A DNA stretch of 64,000 bases, taken from assembly GCA_963695345.1 (NCBI GenBank), contig OY968769.1:928001-992000 (forward strand), written 5' to 3'. This document shows, one piece after another, positions 29,264-38,364 of this stretch (its first letter is position 1; each line of letters begins with the position of its first letter). The notes beneath the pieces are model-generated. The model was not told where the DNA came from. It saw only the letters and a program-made list of their open reading frames with translations, and ran no database searches. This DNA comes from an uncultured Methanomassiliicoccales archaeon. GTDB taxonomy: Archaea; Thermoplasmatota; Thermoplasmata; Methanomassiliicoccales; UBA472. Position numbers and translations under genes: made by a program.

Positions 29264-30424
29264 ATGGAATGGGACCTGGTCATCGTGGGAGGAGGGCCGG
29301 TGGGATGCGCAGTGGCGGCCATCACTTCAGGCAAACACCCGACCCTCATCATGGAGGAGCACCAGGATGCTGGGGTTCCGGTCCAGTGCGCCGGCCTCGT
29401 CACCCCCCGGGTCATCGACATGGTCGGGGCCCAGGATTCCGTCCTGAACCGCATTAGCGGAATGGTCCTCCATTTTCCCGGAGGAGCCATCCTCCGTTTG
29501 GATGGGAAAGAGACCAAGGCCGTGGTGGTGGACCGTTTCAAGTTCGACCAGCGCTGCATGGACCGGGCCGTGGCCGCAGGGGCCGAATATGTGACCGGGA
29601 CTAAGTTCCTGGACTTCGAGGTCAAAGACGATCGGATGGTCGTACGGACGGATGACCGGAAAGACATCCGATGCAAACTGCTGGTCGGCGCCGACGGGTA
29701 TAAGTCCACCGTCTCGAAGGCCGCCGGCCTCCCTCCGCCCCGGGACTCGGTCAAGGGCATTGAATGCGACATCGATGACCGCATGGCCGAGCAGACCCAT
29801 GTCCACGTGTATCTGGGCAACAAGGTGGCCCCGGGCTTCTTCGCATGGAAGATCCCCTGCGGAAATTTCACGCGCATCGGCCTGTGCGTATCGGAGAGAC
29901 ATGGTCCGCCGAGCGGTTACCTCAAGTCCCTGCTCGAGGCTGAAGGGCTGGACGGGGCAACGAGGCTGGACAACTACTCTGGCGTGATCCCCTTGGGGAC
30001 GCGGAAGCGGACCTACGCCGACCGTGTCATGATAACCGGCGACGCGGCGGCCATGGCCAAGCCGCTGAGCGGAGGCGGGCTGTTCACCGGGATGATATCG
30101 GCGGAATGCGCCGCGGAGACCGCCTTGGAGGCGCTCGGGAAGAACGATCTCAGCGCGATATCCCTCTCCCGATATCAAAGCCTCTGGAAGGAGAGGATCG
30201 GTCGGGAGCTAGACCGCGGTTACAGGGTCAGAAAGGTCTTCGTCAGGCTGAGCGACAAGAAGCTGGACGACGTTGGGAAGCTGATGCTGCGGCCTTCAGT
30301 GAGGGAGATACTGGAATCGGGAGATATCGACAGACCGACGGAACTGGCGCCGGCGGTCCTCCGCTCGGTGCCCTCGCTTCTCCGGTTCTCGCCGCAGATA
30401 CTAGGCTCGTTGTTGTTCAAGTGA
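29264..30424 (+). CDS. Geranylgeranyl reductase family flavoprotein
   Basis: IVGGGPVG, QCAG, DR..FD, GADG..S, PGFFAW.IP, GDAA..KP.SGGG. Confidence 0.9.
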   Translation: MEWDLVIVGGGPVGCAVAAITSGKHPTLIMEEHQDAGVPVQCAGLVTPRVIDMVGAQDSVLNRISGMVLHFPGGAILRLDGKETKAVVVDRFKFDQRCMDRAVAAGAEYVTGTKFLDFEVKDDRMVVRTDDRKDIRCKLLVGADGYKSTVSKAAGLPPPRDSVKGIECDIDDRMAEQTHVHVYLGNKVAPGFFAWKIPCGNFTRIGLCVSERHGPPSGYLKSLLEAEGLDGATRLDNYSGVIPLGTRKRTYADRVMITGDAAAMAKPLSGGGLFTGMISAECAAETALEALGKNDLSAISLSRYQSLWKERIGRELDRGYRVRKVFVRLSDKKLDDVGKLMLRPSVREILESGDIDRPTELAPAVLRSVPSLLRFSPQILGSLLFK

Positions 30425-30463
30425 GCGGAAGGTTTGTATCGGCGGCCTCCTTTTTGAGCGCAC

Positions 30464-31486
30464 ATGAGATGCGCGCAGGTGGCCCGTCTGGAGGCGGAAT
30501 CGGTCCGCAAGAGGCTGAACACCATGGGCTATGTGCGCAAGGATGTCCGGATCATTGAGCAGGGGGAGTTCGTGCTTCTGCCGCTGACCGACAGGGTCGA
30601 CCAGCTGGTGATCGAACAGGAGCGTCTGGTCATTGTTGACGGATATCCCCGGGAGAGGGAATGCTACCGGGCGCCGTACGAGATCATCAGGGAAGAGCTG
30701 GCGTTGACCGATGATCTGGCGGACCTGCTTCCGTATAAGTGGGAGATGCTGGGCGACGTGCTCATCGTCAAGTTCCCGGAGAGGCTTAGACCGCATCTAA
30801 AAAGGATCGCCAAAGCCTACGCCGTGGAGCTCGGCGCCAAGACGGTGCTGGACGAAAGGGGCTACATCGATGGCCAGTTCAGGACACCGAGGATGGAGGT
30901 GGTGTTCGGCTCGGTGACCGAGACGGTGCACCATGAAGGTGCCATTCTCTACCAGTTGGACGCGGCCAAGCTCATGTTCTCATCGGGCAACTTCGATGAG
31001 AAGAAACGCATGGGGGAGCTCGACTGCACCGGCGAGACGGTTGTGGACATGTTTGCCGGGATAGGTTACTTCACCCTCCCGCTGGCCAAATTGGCCCATG
31101 CCGAACGGGTGATCGCCTGCGAGATAAATCCCCTGGCCCATTCCTACCTGAGAAAGAACCTGGTCCTGAACGGGGTCGAGAGCGTGGTGGAGACCTACCT
31201 AGGCGACAACCGGTCGCTGCCCTATGAGGAGGTAGCCGACCGGATCGTCATGGGATACATCGGCTCGACCGAGGCCAGCCTGCCCAAGGCGGTGAGGCTG
31301 ATCAAGAAGGGCGGGGTCATCCACTATCACGATGTGTGCTCCATCGACGAGATACCGGAAAAGATGGTGGATGCGTTCTCTGCGGCCTTGGGGGACCGAA
31401 GGTTCGAGGTGCTCCTGGTGAAAGAAGTGAAGGCCTACGCGCCCTGCAAATCCCACATGGTCATGGACGTCAGGGTTCTCGATTGA
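30464..31486 (+). CDS. taw2: Trm5/TYW2-family SAM-dependent tRNA transferase, most like Taw2 (wyosine pathway)
   Basis: MFSSGN..EK.RM, VVDMFAGIGYF, EINP, DRIVMGY, IHYH. Confidence 0.75.
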   Translation: MRCAQVARLEAESVRKRLNTMGYVRKDVRIIEQGEFVLLPLTDRVDQLVIEQERLVIVDGYPRERECYRAPYEIIREELALTDDLADLLPYKWEMLGDVLIVKFPERLRPHLKRIAKAYAVELGAKTVLDERGYIDGQFRTPRMEVVFGSVTETVHHEGAILYQLDAAKLMFSSGNFDEKKRMGELDCTGETVVDMFAGIGYFTLPLAKLAHAERVIACEINPLAHSYLRKNLVLNGVESVVETYLGDNRSLPYEEVADRIVMGYIGSTEASLPKAVRLIKKGGVIHYHDVCSIDEIPEKMVDAFSAALGDRRFEVLLVKEVKAYAPCKSHMVMDVRVLD

Positions 31487-31537
31487 CTTTGCGAGAACAG
31501 CGACCCGCCCACTGCCATTGATGAATAATAATAGCCC

Positions 31538-32677
31538 TTGGACGAATACCGACCTAAAGGGATGATGCCCGTGTCCGCTAAAGTGTATTTTTGCAACCTT
31601 AGAACGAGGACGGAGAAGGGGAACAAGGTCAACAAGGTAGGGGACCTGTTCGACGAGGCCGGATTAGGAGATACTGTCAGGCCGGGCGACCTGACCGCCA
31701 TCAAGCTCCACTTCGGCGAGAGGGGCAGCGACGCCTATGTCAACCCGATCTTCGTGAGGAAGGTGGTCGACCGCGTGAAGTCCCGCGGGGGCAATCCTTT
31801 TCTGACCGACACCAACACCCTGTACTCCGGCAGCAGGCACAACGCCGTGGACCATCTGGTCACCGCGCTGGAGCATGGTTTCGACTATACCGTCACCGGG
31901 GCGCCCCTGATCATCTCCGACGGACTGCGGAGCGAGAGCTACGTGGAAGTGCCGATAGGCAGGAAACACTTCCAGAACGTGAAGCTGGCCAGGGACATCG
32001 TCTCCGCCGACGGCATTATCGCGCTCACCCATTTCAAAGCCCATGAGATGACCGGTTTCGGAGGGGCAATCAAGAACATCGCCATGGGAGGGGCTCCGGC
32101 CATCGGGAAGAAGGAGCAGCACAGCTGCCGGATGGAGTCGGATAGGGACGCTTGCATCGGCTGCGGAGCCTGTGCCTCGATCTGCCCGGAAGGGGCGATC
32201 ACGCTGCCCGACAATAAGGCGATGATCTCAGCCGAGGAATGCATCGGCTGCGGCGAGTGCCTGACGGTCTGTCCGGAGAAGGCCATAGACATCAACTGGG
32301 AAGCGGACGTGCCCGGGATGGTGGAGAGGATGACCGAGTATGCCCTAGGCGTGGTCAGGCCGCACCCGAAGAAGATGGGCTATCTCAATTTCCTGATCAA
32401 CATAACGCCTGATTGCGATTGCACACCATGGAGCGATGCGCCCATCGTTCCGGACATCGGTTTCGTCGCCTCCACCGATCCCGTTGCCATCGACCAGGCC
32501 AGCTTCGACCTGGTCAACGGACAGATGGGACTGGCGAATTCCCTGCTCGAGGACAACCTGGAGCCGGGAATGGACAAGTTCAAGGGCCTGAGACAAAACA
32601 CGAACGGCGAGCTCCAGCTGAGCTACGGCCAGGAGATCGGGCTGGGCAGCCGAAAATACGAACTGATCAATCTTTGA
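31538..32677 (+). CDS. DUF362 Fe-S centre protein with 2x[4Fe-4S] insert
   Basis: IKLHFGE, TDTNTLY.GSR, HFKAH..GFGGAIKN, two CIGCG.C...CP, CDC, DPVAID. Confidence 0.88.
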   Translation: MDEYRPKGMMPVSAKVYFCNLRTRTEKGNKVNKVGDLFDEAGLGDTVRPGDLTAIKLHFGERGSDAYVNPIFVRKVVDRVKSRGGNPFLTDTNTLYSGSRHNAVDHLVTALEHGFDYTVTGAPLIISDGLRSESYVEVPIGRKHFQNVKLARDIVSADGIIALTHFKAHEMTGFGGAIKNIAMGGAPAIGKKEQHSCRMESDRDACIGCGACASICPEGAITLPDNKAMISAEECIGCGECLTVCPEKAIDINWEADVPGMVERMTEYALGVVRPHPKKMGYLNFLINITPDCDCTPWSDAPIVPDIGFVASTDPVAIDQASFDLVNGQMGLANSLLEDNLEPGMDKFKGLRQNTNGELQLSYGQEIGLGSRKYELINL

Positions 32678-33068
32678 ACTGTTCCTTCAGCCCGCATCGG
32701 CAGTTGGAGGGACAGCCCATCCATGATCTTCCCTCGATGTTGGCCACGCCCCACCTGGCCATGTCGATCATGATAGGTACCAGGCTGATCGCCTTCGGAG
32801 TGAGGCTGTACTCTACCCGGGGCGGGATCTCCGGGTACATCTTGCGTGCGACCAGCCCATCCTTTTCCAGCTCACGGAGCTGTTTGGTAAGCATCTTCGG
32901 CGATATGTCCGGCATCCCCGCCATCAGCTGGTTGAAACGCAGCTTGTCGTCCCTGAGCTTCCACAGGATGACCGTCTTCCACTTCCCGCCGATCATCGAC
33001 ACCGTGGCCTCGATCGGGCACTCGGCACGCCTGGGATCGGGAGAGGTATCTTCCACATTACTATCCAA
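32667..33068 (-). CDS. HxlR-family winged-HTH regulator
   Basis: CPIE..IGGKWK..IL, RFNQL, ISPKMLTKQLRELE.DG, PPRVEYSLT. Confidence 0.92.
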   Translation of the reverse strand: MDSNVEDTSPDPRRAECPIEATVSMIGGKWKTVILWKLRDDKLRFNQLMAGMPDISPKMLTKQLRELEKDGLVARKMYPEIPPRVEYSLTPKAISLVPIMIDMARWGVANIEGRSWMGCPSNCRCGLKEQFKD

Positions 33069-33145
33069 ATTGATAGCTAATATAATAAAATATCGTACTT
33101 GATTGAAATATAGTGACTTCTATCGGTATAGCTAGAGGATTCTTG

Positions 33146-33694
33146 ATGAAAGTCATAGGTATCGTGGGAAGCCCCAGGAAGAACGGCAACTCGGAAACGC
33201 TGGTCCAGGCGGTATTGGACGGAGCCAAGGAGAAGGGGCACGCCACTGAGATGTTCCTCCTGAACGAGTTGAGCTACAAGGGATGCCAGGCCTGCATGTA
33301 CTGCAAGACCCACGACCGCTGCAAGCTCGAGGACGATCTGACACCGGTCATGGATGCGCTGAAGGTGGCTGACGCCGTCGTTCTGGGGGTTCCTATCTAC
33401 ATGGGCCAGCTGAACGGCCAGTTCAGAGTGTTCGAGGACCGGCTCTACCAGTTCCTCGGGACCGATTTCAAGGTCAGCCTGACCCCGGGGAAGAAGGCGA
33501 TCGTGATCACCTCCCAGGGCAACCCCGACCCGAAGGCGTTCGAGAGCGCCGCACTCGGTCTCGCCGGCGTCCTGAAGTTATACGGGTTCCACCTGAACGA
33601 CACGATCCAATTGACCGCTGGGAACAGCCCCGCGACGGCGAGGCAGAACGAGGACCTGATGGAACGGGCGATGAAGGACGGGCGGGCGCTCTAA
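33146..33694 (+). CDS. Iron-sulfur flavoprotein / flavodoxin family (NADPH-dependent FMN reductase)
   Basis: GSPRKNGNS, CQACMYC.....C, PIY. Confidence 0.9.
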   Translation: MKVIGIVGSPRKNGNSETLVQAVLDGAKEKGHATEMFLLNELSYKGCQACMYCKTHDRCKLEDDLTPVMDALKVADAVVLGVPIYMGQLNGQFRVFEDRLYQFLGTDFKVSLTPGKKAIVITSQGNPDPKAFESAALGLAGVLKLYGFHLNDTIQLTAGNSPATARQNEDLMERAMKDGRAL

Positions 33695-33736
33695 GGCGAC
33701 CCCGGCCACAAGATTCCCCTGTCGAAGGACAGGGCC

Positions 33737-35269
33737 TCAATTCTTTTCCAGCACCACCGGTTCGGACGCACCTGACGCCGAGAGCAGGTTCCGCAACGCC
33801 TCGTCGTACTCGGACCCGTTCGATTCCAGCATCTTCTGGGCGAACTGGGCCAGGTAGACGCCGTAATCCGTCTCCTCCTTGTTGAACTGCCAGTTCTTTG
33901 ACGTGTCACCGGCCGAGTTGAGGAAGGCGAAGGATATCGACTTGATCCGGTGGTCCTTCTGCCGGCCCTTTTCCGTCGCCCTGACCATGGCCTCCTTTCC
34001 CTCCGTCTTATAGGTTCTGGCCAGCAGATCGGCGTAGGTCCCTATCTCCCCTAGCTTGGAATATTTGGGCAGGCCGCTGGAGATGTTGAGGTTCTGCTCC
34101 ATCCGCCTTGCTTCCTGGACCATCTGGGGCGGGGTGAGGTCGGTCCTTTTCAGCAGGTCATCGATGACACCCTTCGACGCCACCGCTTCCAGCAGTGTCT
34201 GTTTGTTCGGCTCCCATATGTCGGTGATGATCTTGCCCGCCTGATTGCTCGAGGAGACGATGGAGACGTTCTTCACTTCGAGAAGGTGGTTGAGCGCCAT
34301 CATCTCGGACTCGCTGCCCTTCACGATGGCCAGGAACTTGTTCTTGTCGTGCCCGTAGCAGTCGGCCCCAGAGATATATACCGATTCCATCCAGCGGGTG
34401 GTGACGTTCAGTTCTTCGATATAGCGGTTGACCAGGTCCTTGTCGCTGATCTTGCCGTCGAGGTATGATCGTTTGAGGTCGTCGCTCATCTCGAACGCTT
34501 TCTTGGAGGGACAGTCGCTGCAGTCGGAAGCGATGCAGTGCAGCTTCCTCTCCACGTCGACATCGAAGTCGTCATTGGGCTGATTGGCCGCGATGCGGGA
34601 AGATAGCCAGCTGATGAGGTTGACCTCCTTGATGCATTCATGGCACACCCTGACCTCTTTCTGGGCGGATTTCCACTTGATGATCATGCAGGCATCGGAA
34701 TCCGTATGTCCACAGGAGAGTCCCTTCAGCTTGTACTCGGACTGTTCGAGCATCTCGGTGACATATGTCTCCGGGACCTTTCCCCCGCCCTCGGAACAAT
34801 ACAGCCGCTGGTCGGTGGAATAGATGTGAAGGTCGCGCTTTTTTGCGATGTCGAAATACGCAAGCAGTCTCAGGTCCGGGTCATCGAAATGCTGGATGCC
34901 GATCAGTTTCTCCCTGTCGACCTTTCCCCTGACCGCGAAAGAGACCTCCCCGACCGGCAGTTGCGCGGCCGTCAGGTAAGGGATCTTCCCCGCTGCCGCG
35001 AGGGAAATGGCGGCAGCATAGGCGCGTACCAGCTGATCTCCGCGTTTTGCCAGTTTGTTCAGTTTCTCCGGATCGTCCTTGAAGGAGGAGACCTTCTCTA
35101 TCTTGCGCTGCACTTTGTCAAAGCGACATTTGCGGCACTTCTCACCAGAACATTGAGGAATGATGACGTCTGGATTATCGCGTAGCATCTTCGATGTCTC
35201 GATGAGCCCCTTCTCCAGCGCCTTCGGGGTGGCCTTGACCCCTCTGAACTTGACTTGTTGGGTCGGCAT
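33737..35269 (-). CDS. Large Cys-cluster hypothetical protein
   Basis: 510-aa ORF with typical codon usage; Cys groups CSGEKCRKC, CGH, CHEC, CIASDCSDC. Confidence 0.75.
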   Translation of the reverse strand: MPTQQVKFRGVKATPKALEKGLIETSKMLRDNPDVIIPQCSGEKCRKCRFDKVQRKIEKVSSFKDDPEKLNKLAKRGDQLVRAYAAAISLAAAGKIPYLTAAQLPVGEVSFAVRGKVDREKLIGIQHFDDPDLRLLAYFDIAKKRDLHIYSTDQRLYCSEGGGKVPETYVTEMLEQSEYKLKGLSCGHTDSDACMIIKWKSAQKEVRVCHECIKEVNLISWLSSRIAANQPNDDFDVDVERKLHCIASDCSDCPSKKAFEMSDDLKRSYLDGKISDKDLVNRYIEELNVTTRWMESVYISGADCYGHDKNKFLAIVKGSESEMMALNHLLEVKNVSIVSSSNQAGKIITDIWEPNKQTLLEAVASKGVIDDLLKRTDLTPPQMVQEARRMEQNLNISSGLPKYSKLGEIGTYADLLARTYKTEGKEAMVRATEKGRQKDHRIKSISFAFLNSAGDTSKNWQFNKEETDYGVYLAQFAQKMLESNGSEYDEALRNLLSASGASEPVVLEKN

Positions 35270-35516
35270 CCGAGAGTTAGTATGGTCCTAATCATAAAAG
35301 GCTTTTGTCAGCGTTCTTCCGACTGGCCGTTGAAGTAACGGTGTTGAATCTAGAATCCAGCTCGCCGAACTCCATGGAGTGTGCTTTCGATCTCTTTTTC
35401 GAAGTCGACTCGACGGTGATCGGATGGTCTGCAGATTAACCAGGCCCGAATAATCGCCATCTGCCTGTTGATTTTAGCGAACATAAGGTTAAATCTCGGC
35501 CTCTACTATTCACTAT

Positions 35517-36257
35517 ATGGGATGCATGTCTGATCAGGAGTCCCTATCGAGGGGTTACATCAAGGGCTACGAGGAAGGTCTTCGCGATGCGCTAGAGGAA
35601 CTGATATCCATCACCATGAAGCGCAATTACACGACGACCGAGATCCAGCTCCTGGCAAAGAACCAGCGCCTCGCGATCGAGGACAAGGTCAATGGCAAGA
35701 AGCGCAAGATATTGAGGGAGACCGGCATCGACCTCAGCGACGACAGCCAGAAGCACGAATTGCAGATGAGCTTCGAACCGATGAGGACCTATCTGATCAA
35801 GGAGAAGGAACGGCCAGACCAAGCGTTCAAGGTATTCTCTTCCCTGGTAAAGATGGGAATGGTCGGCCTGTGCATCTCCAGACTTCCCCCGGAGGTGGCA
35901 CAGAGGCGGTTCGGGGACAAGTGCACCATTGTCTGGCTCACCAAATCGGACCCGCCATCGGCGGAGGTGGACCCGGAGCAGAAATGGAGGGAAAGGTACA
36001 TCTCGCCTACCGAGCTCTCGAAGGTCCAGAGCGCCATCAAGGTCTTTTTGGCAGCGAACAAGGACAAATCAACGGTGATCCTGCTCGAGGGCGTGAACAT
36101 GATGGTCACGAACAATGACTTCAAGGGTTTCCTCAAGATGGTCCAGAAGCTCAAGGATGATGTCTACTCAGCACGTTCCATACTGCTGATACCCATCGAA
36201 CCGGCCACGATGGAACCGCTGGAGTTCAAGCTGCTGCAGAGCGAGCTCGAACCCTGA
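35517..36257 (+). CDS. DUF835-domain protein (inactive KaiC-like fold)
   Basis: YLIKE, GLCISR.PP, WLT, ISPT.L, VILLEG, N.F..FLK..L.D, LL..EL. Confidence 0.8.
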   Translation: MGCMSDQESLSRGYIKGYEEGLRDALEELISITMKRNYTTTEIQLLAKNQRLAIEDKVNGKKRKILRETGIDLSDDSQKHELQMSFEPMRTYLIKEKERPDQAFKVFSSLVKMGMVGLCISRLPPEVAQRRFGDKCTIVWLTKSDPPSAEVDPEQKWRERYISPTELSKVQSAIKVFLAANKDKSTVILLEGVNMMVTNNDFKGFLKMVQKLKDDVYSARSILLIPIEPATMEPLEFKLLQSELEP

Positions 36258-36266
36258 GAACATGAT

Positions 36267-36610
36267 TCATGGGAATATCCCCCTGAGCTGGATGGCTCTG
36301 GCGACGTCGCCCATCGCGATCATGTTGGCGGGGGTGCGCATGTCCACCTCCTTCGAACGGGACAGTGTGTTGACCTTATCGTATGCCGTGATCATGACCT
36401 GACGTAGCCTTGCGTTCACCTCGTTGATCGTCCAGAAGAAGAACTGCAGGTCCTGGACCCATTCGAAATAGGATACCGTGACCCCGCCGGCGTTGGACGG
36501 GATGTCCGGAACCACCATGATGCCTTTCTGCTGCAGTTGCCCATCATTTTGCCGACCCGCTCCACATGGGAAACGGCGGTCTCATAAGGGTTTTAGGTCA
36601 CTTGTGTCAA
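36267..36610 (-). pseudogene. gdhA: Glutamate dehydrogenase remnant with large internal deletion
   Basis: C-terminal PD..NAGGVTVSYFEWVQD...RGIFP; upstream in another frame TTG-TQVT*NPYETAVSHVERVGKMMG preceded by GAAGGTG. Confidence 0.75.
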
Positions 36611-36846
36611 TGTTACACCTTCCGGAAATCATTGGATTGACAACGACTTCAGGTTTCACAGGGTCGTTTGACCATGAGTGCCTACCGTTTTTGTTTCTTG
36701 CCGAATAGTCTTAGAGCGTCATTTTGTCGCGCTAGTCGCCATCACGATTCTCAGACCCGAATTTGGACGTTACATCGCTTTCGCTGAGCTGTAATGGAAA
36801 AGAAAAGAAAGGTGAGGTTTCGGTCGACCCGTTCCACTCATCTGAA

Positions 36847-37923
36847 CTAGAGCGTAAATGTTGCTGTGGCGATCGTTTCCCCGGTCGAAGCATAGATCAG
36901 ACTCATTATGACCACGGTCCCTGTGGGTTGGATCGCGTTCAGCCCGCTTGCACTGGTGAATGGACCGAGTGTGAAAAGGTCGCCAGCAGACACATATCCC
37001 GTTGTCCCTGAATCGACGATCGTCAAGTTGTAACCGGTGGCGGTCCCGGCAATGACCGGGATGGTCAGATGCATGGAGGAAGGGATCGCCGCTGGATAGC
37101 TCGTGTGGGTTCCTATGGTCAGCCTGACCTCGCAATCATCATAGCTCAAGGTCGATGAGCTGATGGACACGAGGGTAAGGATCCGATATCCAGAGCTGTT
37201 CATTCCTGCGAAAGAGCCTGTCGGTGTCGTTGAGATACCAGGGGTGCTCCCGGGGAAAGGGCTGTATCCTCTATCGGACATCGAACGGTCCGTCGCCCAA
37301 TCCGATAATGAATAGTTGGCATAGATGTTAAGGTACCATTTTCCGTCGACCTTAATCAGCAGAACATACGTGGTGGAGGTGTAGGAATCTGTGGAGCTGT
37401 TCGTCTGCTTGATAGTTACCTTGACGAATTGCGAATCCTGTATTGTTATGAGGAATCTATTCTGGAGCGCGGTGGTAAAATTCATTGAATCCAGCTTGAT
37501 GTCTGCTGGAACGTTAGACATGGATATGTCTTCCATGCTGACCAAGGATACGTTGAACTCGGACAGGTTCTCCAATTGATCGGTCAAACTCGTGATGAAC
37601 AAAGAGCGGTTTGTTGTATCAAAATGCATTATTGTGCAATCGATGATCTTGGCGGCGTCACGTTCCTTCGTCCCGTCGAAATAAGCGTTCAACGCCGAAC
37701 CCGGTGTCGATTGGGCTGCCTTCGGTAGGACGAACATGACAGCGGCCAGTACTACTACCACCACTAACACGACAGCGACTATGGCAATCATGAGCGTTTT
37801 CTTGCTTTTAGGCCTGGGCGCAGGTGGCTGATAGACGGGGGCGGCAGGAACGGCCATAGGTGCCCCGCATTTACCGCAAAAGCTCCCACTAGGATTGTCG
37901 AATCCACAATTTGGACAGATCAT
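36847..37923 (-). CDS. Zinc-ribbon, single-TM, exported S/T-rich protein
   Basis: CPNCG..FCGKCG, Pro-rich linker, KSKK + TM helix, S/T-rich extracellular region. Confidence 0.8.
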   Translation of the reverse strand: MICPNCGFDNPSGSFCGKCGAPMAVPAAPVYQPPAPRPKSKKTLMIAIVAVVLVVVVVLAAVMFVLPKAAQSTPGSALNAYFDGTKERDAAKIIDCTIMHFDTTNRSLFITSLTDQLENLSEFNVSLVSMEDISMSNVPADIKLDSMNFTTALQNRFLITIQDSQFVKVTIKQTNSSTDSYTSTTYVLLIKVDGKWYLNIYANYSLSDWATDRSMSDRGYSPFPGSTPGISTTPTGSFAGMNSSGYRILTLVSISSSTLSYDDCEVRLTIGTHTSYPAAIPSSMHLTIPVIAGTATGYNLTIVDSGTTGYVSAGDLFTLGPFTSASGLNAIQPTGTVVIMSLIYASTGETIATATFTL

Positions 37924-38364
37924 ATTTCAACTTCCTAAATTTGAGGGTAAAATAACTCGAGCTGGATATTTAAATTATCTGAACATTGACAAATGGTCAG
38001 AACGACAAGGATTTCGGAGGCTGACCGAACCGGTGCATACTCTACAACAGCACCCGTCATTTCACGTCCGATATTCCCATGATTCTGCATGTCTGATGGA
38101 ATTCGGCGATGTCTGAGAGTAACCATATCCCTTGCGTTTTGGAAACATTATCTTGAATAGCGCTTCGAGAACGAATCGATGATTGTCGTGTTTTCTGCTA
38201 TGAACGTTTCCTAACCTATGATGATCAGATGGCTGAAAGGTGTAAGAATGGAATTCGTGATGATACTGAACAAGCAACCGATCAATGAATCCGGTAATGA
38301 ACTACCTTCTACCGATTTCTGGAAAGAAATATCTCATATGGTCTAGTATCTTCACATCGATCCG

